This document shows, piece after piece, positions 46,192 to 55,745 of a DNA stretch of 64,000 nt. Below the pieces are notes generated by a model. That model saw only the letters and a list, made by a program, of their open reading frames with translations. It searched no databases and was not told the DNA's origin. The position numbers were made by a program, and so were the translations under genes. Positions within the stretch are counted from its first letter, which is position 1. The number at the start of each line of letters is the position of its first letter. The DNA lies in the NCBI GenBank assembly GCA_965203295.1, contig CBDBCZ010000019.1, positions 1,408,001 through 1,472,000 of the forward strand, read 5' to 3'. The stretch comes from Nitrospirales bacterium (GTDB taxonomy: Bacteria > Nitrospirota > Nitrospiria > Nitrospirales > UBA8639).

Positions 46192-47403
46192 ATGATGAGA
46201 GTGGCTCTGGTGCACGATTGGCTGACGGGGATGCGTGGAGGCGAACGATGCTTGGAAGTGTTTTGTGAATTATTTCCTGACGCTGAGATCTTTACGTTGT
46301 TGCACGCGAAGGGTACTGTTTCCCCAACAATTGAGAAACATCCTATCAGAACGAGTTTTGTCCAACATTTGCCGTTTTCTGTCACCAAATATCGTTACTA
46401 TCTGCCTGTTTTTCCTTTTGCGATTAAGTCGTTCGATATCAAAAGATACGACCTTGTCATTAGCTCCAGCCATTGCGTGGCTAAAGGTGTCGCTATTCCA
46501 GATGGCACCTGTCACGTGTCTTACATTCACACACCTATGAGATATGTATGGGATCAGTACGATGCGTATTTCGCCAAGAGTCGGGCAGGCCTACTCCCAC
46601 GAATCATGATGGCTCTCTTGCGGAAGTGTCTTAAACGTTGGGATGTGTCATCAAATAACCGGGTCCATTACTTTCTTGCCAACTCGCAGCACGTGGCGCG
46701 GCGAATTGAGAGTTACTGGGGAAGAAAGACTACTGTTGTCTACCCGCCTGTGAATTGGCACGATTTTCAGGCTTCATCAAGAGATTTGGGGTACTATTTA
46801 ATCGTAACGGCATTAGCACCCTATAAGCGCGTTGATCTGGCAATTAACGCTGCTAATCGGATGGGGTTTCAGCTAAGAATTATTGGCTCGGGTCAGGAAG
46901 AGCAAAAATTGAAGAGCATAGCGGGCTCAACAGTGGAAATACTTGGCTGGGTCCCGGGCCACATGATCCGTGACAATCTCACGCATTGCAAGGCGTTACT
47001 TTTTCCTGGTGAAGAAGATTTTGGCATCGTGCCGCTTGAGGCCATGGCAAGCGGTAAGCCGGTGATTGCCTATGGAAAGGGTGGAGTTTTAGAAACGGTT
47101 GTGCCTATCAATCCTAATGACCCTAAGGAAAAAAGGCTCGAGTCTGGTCCAGAGATGGAATCAAGCACGATCTCAGGTTTTTCATCCTCCACGGTTAAAC
47201 CCCCTACAGGGGTATTCTTTTATGAACAGTCGGCTGAGGCACTCATTGATGCCATCAGTTTGTTTGAGAACCGCTGTCATGAGTTTGATTCGGAAGCTAT
47301 TCGCGCTCATGTGAAACCTTTTGACCTGGCCTTCTTTAAACACAGAATGCAAACACTGATTCAGGAACGATATGATGACTTTCATCAAAACCATCCACGC
47401 TAA
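46192..47403 (+). CDS. GT4 glycosyltransferase
   Basis: VHDWLTGMRGGE, HTPMRY.WD, EEDFGIVPLEAMASG. Confidence 0.93.
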   Translation: MMRVALVHDWLTGMRGGERCLEVFCELFPDAEIFTLLHAKGTVSPTIEKHPIRTSFVQHLPFSVTKYRYYLPVFPFAIKSFDIKRYDLVISSSHCVAKGVAIPDGTCHVSYIHTPMRYVWDQYDAYFAKSRAGLLPRIMMALLRKCLKRWDVSSNNRVHYFLANSQHVARRIESYWGRKTTVVYPPVNWHDFQASSRDLGYYLIVTALAPYKRVDLAINAANRMGFQLRIIGSGQEEQKLKSIAGSTVEILGWVPGHMIRDNLTHCKALLFPGEEDFGIVPLEAMASGKPVIAYGKGGVLETVVPINPNDPKEKRLESGPEMESSTISGFSSSTVKPPTGVFFYEQSAEALIDAISLFENRCHEFDSEAIRAHVKPFDLAFFKHRMQTLIQERYDDFHQNHPR

Positions 47404-47473
47404 CACTTTATTGAGAATTTCTCAAAAGTCTCCTCAGGTACCTGTTCACCGAGGCCGTTGGTCATGACTTCGC

Positions 47474-49435
47474 TTATCTCACTTTGATACCTGGTTCCAC
47501 CTCTTCCGCCAGCGTCAAGAGGCCCTGAACTTCCTTGGTTCCAGCGGCTAATACCATCCCCTGTGATTCAATTCCCATCAGTTTTGCGGGTTTAAGGTTC
47601 GCGACCACAACAATGGTTTGACCGACTAATTGTTCAGGCTCGTATTTCTTCCCGATGCCCGCGACAATCTGTCGTTGCTCAGTCCCTAAATCCACCTGAA
47701 GTTTGACGAGCTTTTCTGATCGTGGAACACGTTCAGCTTTGAGAATTCTTGCTACCTTTAACTCAATTTTTTGAAATTCGTCGATTGAAATAAGCTCTTG
47801 CGTATCAGCTGAAGTCCCTTCGGTGAGTGACTTTTCTTTTTCCCCGGATTTGGAATCTGTCGCAGGGATTTTTGATTGTCCTTTTTCGTCTACCCTTGGA
47901 AACAATGCTTTCCCTTTGACCACCTGATTTCCCGGTACGAGCATTTCCCAGGTTAAATGTTTAGATAGAAGGGGATCCGAAAAGTTGGCGGTAAGGCCGA
48001 TTTGATGACCGATTTCCTTCGCTGCTTCGGGTATAAAAGGATACAAGGCTAAACAGAGATAATGTAAGGTTTCAGCGGAATTAAAAAGAACTGTGTCGAG
48101 TCTAGGCTGGTTTTCTGCAGATTTACCCAATACCCACGGTGCCGTTTTATCGATATATTGATTGCCGAGTTGAACCAATCCCCAAATGGACTCTAACGCT
48201 CGATGAAAGTCCAATCGGTCTGGACTCAGGTGGTATGGTAATTTTTCCTTGAGAAGTTGTTCCCCTGTGGATTTGAGTTCCATATCAAGATCCGTTTCTG
48301 TCTCAGGGTTAAGGGTAGGGATCACGCCTTTCGAAAAGCGTTGAATGAGCATGACCGTGCGACTCAAGAGATTGCCGAGCCCATTGGCCAAGTCGCTATT
48401 CAGCCTGCTCACCAACGCCTCTTGGGAATAGTCACCGTCCTGTCCGAATGGAATTTCCCGTAGAAGGAAGTACCGAAAAGCATCAGAACCAAATTGGTTG
48501 ACGACTGTCTGAGGATCGACCACGTTTCCTCGGCTTTTGGACATCTTTTCACCGTTCACGGTCCACCATCCGTGGGCAAAAATCGTCTGGGGAAGGAGAA
48601 ATTCGAGGGCCATTAAGATCGTAGACCAGTACACGGCATGTGTGGTGAGAATATCCTTGCCGACTAGATGAAGGGAGGCAGGCCAGAATTGTTGGAAGGC
48701 TGGCTTGGGTGTCAGATATTCAAGGGCTGAGACATAGTTCATGAGTGCATCAAACCAAACATAGGTGACATAGTTTGTATCAAAAGGAAGCTCGATACCC
48801 CATGAAAGGCGAGATTTGGGTCGAGAGATTGAGAGATCCTCTAATGGTTTCTGAAGAAAGCCAAGTACTTCATTGCAACGAGAAGTCGGCTTAATAAAGT
48901 CTGGATGGTTTTGAATGTAATCTTTCAGCGCATCTTGATATTGACTCATCCGAAAGAAGTAGTTGCTCTCACTCAATCGTTCTACGGAACGATTGCAGTC
49001 AGGGCAGAGGCCATTCTCAACATCTTTCTCCGTCCAGAATCGCTCATCGAAGGTGCAGTACCAACCGGTATAATCCGCGCGATAAATCAAGTTCCTGTCA
49101 TATAAGGATTGGAGATGCCGCTGGACAACGGTCTGATGGCCTGAGTCTGTCGTGCGAATAAACGCATCATTCTCAATGTGTATGTGTTTCCAAAGGTTGA
49201 TAAATTGAGGAGCGAGATTGTCACAGTGAGTTTTTGGATCGATGCCAGCTTTCGTAGCTGCTTGTTGGACCTTTTGCCCATGCTCGTCTAGCCCGGTTAA
49301 ATAGAATGTCTCTCGGCCTATCAATCGATTGTAACGTGCCAACACATCGGCGGCGATAGTGGTGTAGGCATGGCCAATATGTGGGATGTCGTTCATGTAG
49401 TAAATGGGGGTGGTGATATAAAATGTTGATGGCAT
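47474..49435 (-). CDS. metG: Methionyl-tRNA synthetase with C-terminal tRNA-binding domain
   Basis: HIGH, YVWFDAL, KMSKS, C-terminal OB fold ESQGMVLA. Confidence 0.97.
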   Translation of the reverse strand: MPSTFYITTPIYYMNDIPHIGHAYTTIAADVLARYNRLIGRETFYLTGLDEHGQKVQQAATKAGIDPKTHCDNLAPQFINLWKHIHIENDAFIRTTDSGHQTVVQRHLQSLYDRNLIYRADYTGWYCTFDERFWTEKDVENGLCPDCNRSVERLSESNYFFRMSQYQDALKDYIQNHPDFIKPTSRCNEVLGFLQKPLEDLSISRPKSRLSWGIELPFDTNYVTYVWFDALMNYVSALEYLTPKPAFQQFWPASLHLVGKDILTTHAVYWSTILMALEFLLPQTIFAHGWWTVNGEKMSKSRGNVVDPQTVVNQFGSDAFRYFLLREIPFGQDGDYSQEALVSRLNSDLANGLGNLLSRTVMLIQRFSKGVIPTLNPETETDLDMELKSTGEQLLKEKLPYHLSPDRLDFHRALESIWGLVQLGNQYIDKTAPWVLGKSAENQPRLDTVLFNSAETLHYLCLALYPFIPEAAKEIGHQIGLTANFSDPLLSKHLTWEMLVPGNQVVKGKALFPRVDEKGQSKIPATDSKSGEKEKSLTEGTSADTQELISIDEFQKIELKVARILKAERVPRSEKLVKLQVDLGTEQRQIVAGIGKKYEPEQLVGQTIVVVANLKPAKLMGIESQGMVLAAGTKEVQGLLTLAEEVEPGIKVR

Positions 49436-49523
49436 TGGAACCTTTTCTCCTCAAATAGCTAATCATAACAGGGTGCAAAGATAGACGAGACGCGTTGGAG
49501 GGGTATAAGAGAAGATCAAGCTT

Positions 49524-50540
49524 TTAGACCACGGCATTTAGAAGGGAGTCACGAAGTTTTAGGAAAAAGGTCTCCATGGCAAGTTGGATGTTGATATTCC
49601 GTCCCAATGATTGCTCCAAGGTCTGTAGTTCTTCCATAAGATTCACGAGGATTGACACGTTCGTTTGGGAGGCCAATTTCAGGATGGCCAATGATTGGGC
49701 CCTATTCATGATCATATCTTCCCGAGCTCCGATGCAAGTAAGGAGGACATCACGTAATCCAAAATAGATCCACGAGAGAGATTGGAGAATGTCTCCTTCC
49801 TTATGCAGCCGCTCCGCTATTTCAAATGCATCATGAACGGATTGAAGCTTGATTCCGGAAACAAGAGAAAAGAATTCTTGTTGTTTTTCGGATGCCTCAG
49901 AAAGGTTGGTGCCCAATGCCAGCCCTAATCTTCGTTCTGTTATCATTCTCAAAAATCGAGCATCTTCCAGTGAGATCTCCCTCTTCAGAATCAAGGCACC
50001 TTCAACTTGGTCTGTCGTTGGTGGGGTAAACCTGAAGGTGAGGCAACGAGAACGAACAGTCGCCGGGAGCAGGAAGGGTCGACTGGTAATGAGCAGGAAT
50101 AGACTGTGTGCTGGGGGCTCTTCTAACGTTTTGAGTAACGCATTGGCTGCACCAGAGGTGAGGCAATGGGCTTCATCAATTATACAAATCTTGCGATCAC
50201 AAAAAAGAGGTCGATAGATGACGTGATGTTCTAAGTCTCGAATCCGGTCAATTTTTATTTGTGGATTGGCTTTTTCAGCGTCCGGTTCAATGAACAGAAA
50301 ATCGGGGTGAATGCCTTGTTCTATTTGATGGCATGCCCGGCATTGACCGCAAGGATCCGGAGCAGAAGGGTCTTCAGGATCTTCACAGGCAAGGGCCTGA
50401 GCAAAGTGGATCGCGAGAAACTTCTTGCCAATTGAAGGTTCCCCTGAAAACAAATAGGCATGGGCAATGTGTCCTCTGTTGAGAGAAGCCCGGATCCAAT
50501 CTTTTGGTCCTTCGTGACCAATGATGTTACTGAAAGGCAT
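49524..50540 (-). CDS. holB: DNA polymerase III delta' subunit
   Basis: HAYLFSG, CGQCRAC, HPDF, ANALLKTLEEPP, SRC. Confidence 0.94.
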   Translation of the reverse strand: MPFSNIIGHEGPKDWIRASLNRGHIAHAYLFSGEPSIGKKFLAIHFAQALACEDPEDPSAPDPCGQCRACHQIEQGIHPDFLFIEPDAEKANPQIKIDRIRDLEHHVIYRPLFCDRKICIIDEAHCLTSGAANALLKTLEEPPAHSLFLLITSRPFLLPATVRSRCLTFRFTPPTTDQVEGALILKREISLEDARFLRMITERRLGLALGTNLSEASEKQQEFFSLVSGIKLQSVHDAFEIAERLHKEGDILQSLSWIYFGLRDVLLTCIGAREDMIMNRAQSLAILKLASQTNVSILVNLMEELQTLEQSLGRNINIQLAMETFFLKLRDSLLNAVV

Positions 50541-50602
50541 ACAAGATTTCTCGTTTACAAGCTAGGGATCAAGAAAAGTCATTTCCATGTACCAGTATGA
50601 AA

Positions 50603-51307
50603 TTACGGTGCCTGTTGTATTCGAGTGAGAAACGGTTGTATTTTCAGGACAATGTCTTGGGAGATTGATTCAATTGAGCGACATCCATCAAGCTTGACGA
50701 TGCGACGTGAACAACTTCTGGCCAACGTGAGAAATCCTTTTCGCACACGTTCGTGAAAAGCTTTTGTTTCCTGATCAATACGATTTTGTCCAGAGGTTTG
50801 GCGACGTCGTGCTAATCCCTGGGTGACAGGAAGGTCTATGAGAAAGGTGAGGTCGGGAACCAGACCACCAGTGGCCAGCATATTCATCGTCTGTAACTGT
50901 TTGAGTTTGACACCCCTTCCATAACCTTGGTAAGCAAGAGTTGAATCAAAAAACCGATCACAGAGGACAATCGCGCCTCGCTTGAGTGCTGGGAGTAAGA
51001 CCTGGGTCACATGTTGCCTCCGACATGCCAAAATCAACATGGCTTCGCATTCAGGGGTGATCGATTCTTGTGACTGGACATGGGATACCGGATTAAGAAA
51101 CAGATTCCGGATTTCTTCGGCTAACGGTGTCCCCCCAGGCTCTCTTGAGACAACAACCGGATAGCCTTCCTTTCGCAGATGTTCAGCCAAGCGATGGCAT
51201 TGGCTGGTTTTTCCAGAACCCTCTATCCCTTCAAAAGTAATAAACAGCCCGACTTTGGAGGGAGAAGAAGACTTGAGTGTTGTTAACTTTTTGTGCCCGG
51301 ATCTCAC
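50603..51307 (-). CDS. tmk: Thymidylate kinase
   Basis: FEGIEGSGKT, REPGGT, CDRF.DST.AYQG; start uncertain. Confidence 0.95.
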   Translation of the reverse strand: MRSGHKKLTTLKSSSPSKVGLFITFEGIEGSGKTSQCHRLAEHLRKEGYPVVVSREPGGTPLAEEIRNLFLNPVSHVQSQESITPECEAMLILACRRQHVTQVLLPALKRGAIVLCDRFFDSTLAYQGYGRGVKLKQLQTMNMLATGGLVPDLTFLIDLPVTQGLARRRQTSGQNRIDQETKAFHERVRKGFLTLARSCSRRIVKLDGCRSIESISQDIVLKIQPFLTRIQQAP

Positions 51308-51401
51308 CTCAGAATCCTAATCTAAGTTGTTGAAATTCGCAAGAAAAGGCTTGAAGCAGCCCATTAATGCTTGTAACATCTCAAGCAGTGGGAATATCCT
51401 C

Positions 51402-52100
51402 TTGAAAGCTTTACGCCCCTTACTCAAACGCTACTTATTAACAGGCCTCTTGGTGATTACCCCTATCTGGGGTACCGTTCTCGTCCTGAAGACTCTCTTT
51501 GTGACAGTCGATAGTATTTTAGGCAACATGTTGGCGGAAGTCGTCACCGAAGATTATTATGTGCCAGGCCTCGGTATTTTGACACTCCTGGCCTTGATTT
51601 TTATCTCAGGAATGATGGCCACCAACATCATAGGTGGGCAAATTGTCAAAAAATGGGAAAATGTTCTAGATCGAGTCCCCATTGTGAGGGGAATCTATGC
51701 CACGTTGAAATCCATGATGGATATTCTTTCTTTTAAACAGCGTGAAAAATACAATAAAGTGGTGTTGATACAGTTTCCGAAAGATGGGCATTATTGTTTA
51801 GCTTTCGTTACTGGTGAGACACGCGAAGAAGTACAAGATTTGTCCGCTGAACCCTTAGTCCATGTCTATGTTCCCACGTCCCCGAACCCAACGTCAGGGT
51901 ATTTTCTGCTGGTGCCTGAGCGAGAAGTGATGGCTGTGGATTTAAGCGTGGAAGAGGCTATGAAGCTGATTGTCTCTGGGGGAATGTATTCTTCTGGCAA
52001 ATCCTCAGAAGCCCAAACTTTTACGATGCCTGAGTCATCGGAGCTAGGATCGCCACCCATTCGTGTCAAACCTGAAGAGGATGGATCAGTTCTCAAGTGA
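51402..52100 (+). CDS. DUF502 membrane protein
   Basis: LLTGLLVITP, RVPIVRGIY, YVPTSPNPTSGY; start uncertain. Confidence 0.88.
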   Translation: MKALRPLLKRYLLTGLLVITPIWGTVLVLKTLFVTVDSILGNMLAEVVTEDYYVPGLGILTLLALIFISGMMATNIIGGQIVKKWENVLDRVPIVRGIYATLKSMMDILSFKQREKYNKVVLIQFPKDGHYCLAFVTGETREEVQDLSAEPLVHVYVPTSPNPTSGYFLLVPEREVMAVDLSVEEAMKLIVSGGMYSSGKSSEAQTFTMPESSELGSPPIRVKPEEDGSVLK

Positions 52101-52124
52101 TGCGTGGTTGGGGGCAATGGTGAG

Positions 52125-53621
52125 ATGAAAAATGTGTCAGCAATAGTTATGGCCGCAGGGTTGGGTAAGCGCATGCGGTCAAAGCTTGCCAAAGTTCTTC
52201 ATCCGGTGGCTGGTCAGCCTATGATTTCTTATATGGCAACGTTAGCGAAAAAGGTTGCCGATTCAGAAGTTGTCATCGTTATTGGGTATCAAGCGGATCA
52301 GGTAGAAGCGTATTTAACCCAACTTCAACAAGATATTGGACCAATAAAAATCGCCAGACAAACTCGGCAGACTGGCACAGGCGATGCCGTAAAAAAAGCG
52401 AAGTCTTCTCTGAGGTACCCGTACAAGGCTCAAAGTCAAAAAATTTTGATTTTGAATGGCGATACCCCTCTCCTCACTCAACAAACTGTTCAACGATTAC
52501 TTGCTTGTCACGATCAGAAAAAGGCTACGATCACTCTTTTGACCGCTGACTTTGAAGAACCTCGCGGATATGGTCTAGTTATGCGTGGAAAACACAACCA
52601 CGTGCTCAAGGTGATAGAAGACCGTGATGCCACACCAGAGGAACAATCCCTCAAAGAAGTGAATGTCGGGACCTATGTGGTGGATAGCAACTTCTTGTTC
52701 CGCGCTGTGGAAAAACTACAGCCTCATAATGCTCAAGGGGAATATTACCTCACGGATATTATTGCGATGGCTGTCAGCCAAGGCTTAGCGGTTGTCGCAC
52801 AGAAGACGGAAGATCCGACAGAGTGTATTGGGATCAATACACGTGAACATTTAGCTCGTGCGGACGGACTCATGCGTCAACGAATTCGGAAACACTGGTT
52901 ACTCGAAGGCGTGATGATGGTTGACCCTGAAACGGTCTGGATCGATGCCGATGTCAGGATTGGACGTGATACGCAAATATATCCCCTCACCTTTTTAGAA
53001 GGAAGTACCGAAATTGGAGATGAATGTATTATCCGATCGGGTTGTCGAATAAGCGATAGTCGTATTCAAGATCGGGTAACAGTTGAAGATTTTTGTGTAT
53101 TGGAAGAAACCATCTTAGAGGAAGGGGTTTCGGTTGGGCCGTTTGCCAGAATTCGGCCTGGCTCCGTAGTGCGGGTAGGAGCTCGGGTCGGCAATTTTGT
53201 CGAGCTTAAGAAAGTTGATTTAGGAGCTGGATCGAAAGCGAATCATTTATCGTATTTAGGGGATGCAGAAATTGGCCAAGGAGTCAATATTGGTGCAGGG
53301 ACTATTACCTGTAACTACGATGGTTTCAGAAAAGAGAAGACGGTGATCAAGGATCACGTGTTTATTGGCAGCGATTCCCAACTCATCGCTCCGGTCACGA
53401 TTGGACAAGGAGCTGTGATCGCAGCAGGCTCGACCGTCACGCAAAATGTTCCAGATGATTCGCTAGCGATAGCTCGAACAGCTCAGATCAATCGTACTGG
53501 AGCAGCAAGTAGGCGGCGAGTGATCAACTCAGGTTCTCATGGGAACCTGCCGAAGAAGAAAAAGGCTTCACAAGTTGAGAAAAAAGGCAAGAATGTGGTG
53601 AGGCCTGGGAAACGGGGCTAG
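52125..53621 (+). CDS. glmU: Bifunctional UDP-GlcNAc pyrophosphorylase / acetyltransferase
   Basis: MAAG.GKRM.S...KVLH, GEYYLTD, GNFVE.K, HLSYLGDA, NYDG. Confidence 0.97.
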   Translation: MKNVSAIVMAAGLGKRMRSKLAKVLHPVAGQPMISYMATLAKKVADSEVVIVIGYQADQVEAYLTQLQQDIGPIKIARQTRQTGTGDAVKKAKSSLRYPYKAQSQKILILNGDTPLLTQQTVQRLLACHDQKKATITLLTADFEEPRGYGLVMRGKHNHVLKVIEDRDATPEEQSLKEVNVGTYVVDSNFLFRAVEKLQPHNAQGEYYLTDIIAMAVSQGLAVVAQKTEDPTECIGINTREHLARADGLMRQRIRKHWLLEGVMMVDPETVWIDADVRIGRDTQIYPLTFLEGSTEIGDECIIRSGCRISDSRIQDRVTVEDFCVLEETILEEGVSVGPFARIRPGSVVRVGARVGNFVELKKVDLGAGSKANHLSYLGDAEIGQGVNIGAGTITCNYDGFRKEKTVIKDHVFIGSDSQLIAPVTIGQGAVIAAGSTVTQNVPDDSLAIARTAQINRTGAASRRRVINSGSHGNLPKKKKASQVEKKGKNVVRPGKRG

Positions 53622-53707
53622 AATCCTTACCTGCAATTGGAAATTTTCCGCCTCATTTTGTCATCCCCATGGACTGATGATACAAACATGAATATGTAGG
53701 GACAACT

Positions 53708-55540
53708 ATGTGTGGAATCATCGGATACGTTGGAACAGAAAGCGCAACATCCATCCTGCTTGAAGGCCTGAAACGTCTGGAATACCGAGGTTATGACTCC
53801 GCTGGAGTTGCTCTCTTAGAACGTGGAGAGGTTGAAGTACGCAGAAGTGAGGGAAAATTAGTTAATTTGGAAAAGATCCTAACCAATGGGCGTCGGCTGA
53901 ATGGAACAATTGGCATTGGACATACCCGTTGGGCCACCCATGGAAAGCCATCCGAGCAAAATGCTCACCCTCACCGATCTGGGAATGTTGTGATTGTTCA
54001 CAACGGGATTATAGAAAATTATCTGTCTTTAAAACGTCGGCTTCAAAATGAAGGATTTCGGTTTGAATCGGAAACCGATACCGAAGTCATTGCGCACCTT
54101 CTTGCATCGTATAAACAACGAGGATGTTCTCTAGAGCAGGCGCTTCGATCCGCGACCAAAGAGTTGTATGGGAGTTATGCCGTTGCCGCGTTGTGTGTTG
54201 ATGAACCTCATACGTTAGTGACGGCAAGATCGGGTTGTCCTCTCGTGATTGGCCAAAGTGGGAACGCTTCCTTGCTTGCGTCTGATGTCACCCCGTTACT
54301 CACACATACACGGGAAGTGATCTTTCTCGAGGATGGAGACATCGGCGTATTGACCCCGATGGGAGTCCACGTGCTAGGAACGGATGAGCAACCAGTTGAA
54401 AGAAAAGTCGTGACTGTTGACTGGAGTTCCGAGACAGCAGAGAAAGGCGGATACCCTGATTTCATGTTGAAAGAAATTCATGAGCAGCCACAGATAATTT
54501 TGGACACTCTTCGAGGTCGCTATATTTATGACTCTGGAGAAGCGGACTTGCTCGATCTTTCCATCACTGTTGAGGAGTTACTGAACGCCAAACGAATTTG
54601 GATCGTTGCCTGCGGCACTTCGTGGCATTCAGGGCTAGTCGGCAAGTATCTTTTTGAAGAAGTCATTCAGAAGCCAGTTCAGGTAGATATTGGATCAGAG
54701 TTTCGTTACCGAGAACCCATGATTCAAGAGGATGATCTTTTTATTGCCATCTCGCAATCCGGGGAAACGGCTGATACCTTAGCTGCCGCTCGAGAGGCAA
54801 AAAAACGGGGAGCCCGTATTCTCTCGATTGTGAATGTCGTCGGCAGTTCATTAGCTCGCGAATCAGATGGAGTGATTTATACACGGTGTGGTCCCGAGAT
54901 CAGTGTGGCCTCTACGAAAGCCTTTACTGGTCAGATTATTGCGCTGTATTTGTTGGCGCTTCATGTAGGGCGTGTGCGGCAAGTTCTGAGTCTGGAGGAT
55001 GGGCGTTGGTGGTTGGATCAATTGATGGCGTTGCCTGCGCAAGTAGACTATATTCTTAAACGAGAGGACGAAATTTTATCTATTGCGAAACGGTATTACA
55101 CGAAAAGGAACTTTCTCTATCTAGGAAGAGGCATTAATTATCCCATTGCATTAGAAGGAGCGTTGAAATTGAAGGAAATTTCCTATATTCACGCTGAAGG
55201 GTATGCAGCCGGTGAAATGAAGCACGGTCCAATTGCCTTGATTGATGAAGAAATGCCCGTTGTGGTGTTAGCTCCGCGGGATAGGCTGTATGAAAAAACC
55301 GTGAATAACCTCATGGAAGTTAAAGCTCGGAGCGCTCCTGTGATTGCATTCGTGAGTGAAGGAGAGCGTGAATTTAGCGATCGAACGGATTGTTTGTTTG
55401 CCGTCCCTCACACGCATCCGCTCCTTTCCCCTATTTTATTCGCAACTGCGCTTCAGTTATTGGCCTACCATATCGCGGTTTTGCGAGGTATTGATGTGGA
55501 TCGACCGAGAAATCTCGCCAAAAGTGTGACCGTCGAGTAA
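53708..55540 (+). CDS. glmS: Glutamine--fructose-6-phosphate aminotransferase
   Basis: MCGIIG, GHTRWATHG, SQSGETADT, PRNLAKSVTVE. Confidence 0.98.
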   Translation: MCGIIGYVGTESATSILLEGLKRLEYRGYDSAGVALLERGEVEVRRSEGKLVNLEKILTNGRRLNGTIGIGHTRWATHGKPSEQNAHPHRSGNVVIVHNGIIENYLSLKRRLQNEGFRFESETDTEVIAHLLASYKQRGCSLEQALRSATKELYGSYAVAALCVDEPHTLVTARSGCPLVIGQSGNASLLASDVTPLLTHTREVIFLEDGDIGVLTPMGVHVLGTDEQPVERKVVTVDWSSETAEKGGYPDFMLKEIHEQPQIILDTLRGRYIYDSGEADLLDLSITVEELLNAKRIWIVACGTSWHSGLVGKYLFEEVIQKPVQVDIGSEFRYREPMIQEDDLFIAISQSGETADTLAAAREAKKRGARILSIVNVVGSSLARESDGVIYTRCGPEISVASTKAFTGQIIALYLLALHVGRVRQVLSLEDGRWWLDQLMALPAQVDYILKREDEILSIAKRYYTKRNFLYLGRGINYPIALEGALKLKEISYIHAEGYAAGEMKHGPIALIDEEMPVVVLAPRDRLYEKTVNNLMEVKARSAPVIAFVSEGEREFSDRTDCLFAVPHTHPLLSPILFATALQLLAYHIAVLRGIDVDRPRNLAKSVTVE

Positions 55541-55745
55541 GCTGAATTTGACTCTTTCCACCTTACCTCATAGCAGTAACTCTCCATTCCTAGGATCCGT
55601 TGCCTTGCGCCCTCAGGAAAATTGAATGGGAGTGTTTCAGTTTAAGGATGATTCAGGAGTCAGAACGTGTTGTGATTAGCAACGTGCAACAGTTGAGCCC
55701 GCGCGTTGCGCAGCCTTTCAATTAGAAAGTCTTTCCAAGTAAGAG

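Noticed and set aside
40916..46268. Short ORFs 40916-41134, 40986-41255, 45980-46195 and 46020-46268 as genes
   Set aside because: They run through REP-like palindromes (WIP..GMT-type translations), typical spurious calls. The same applies to 61728-62033.
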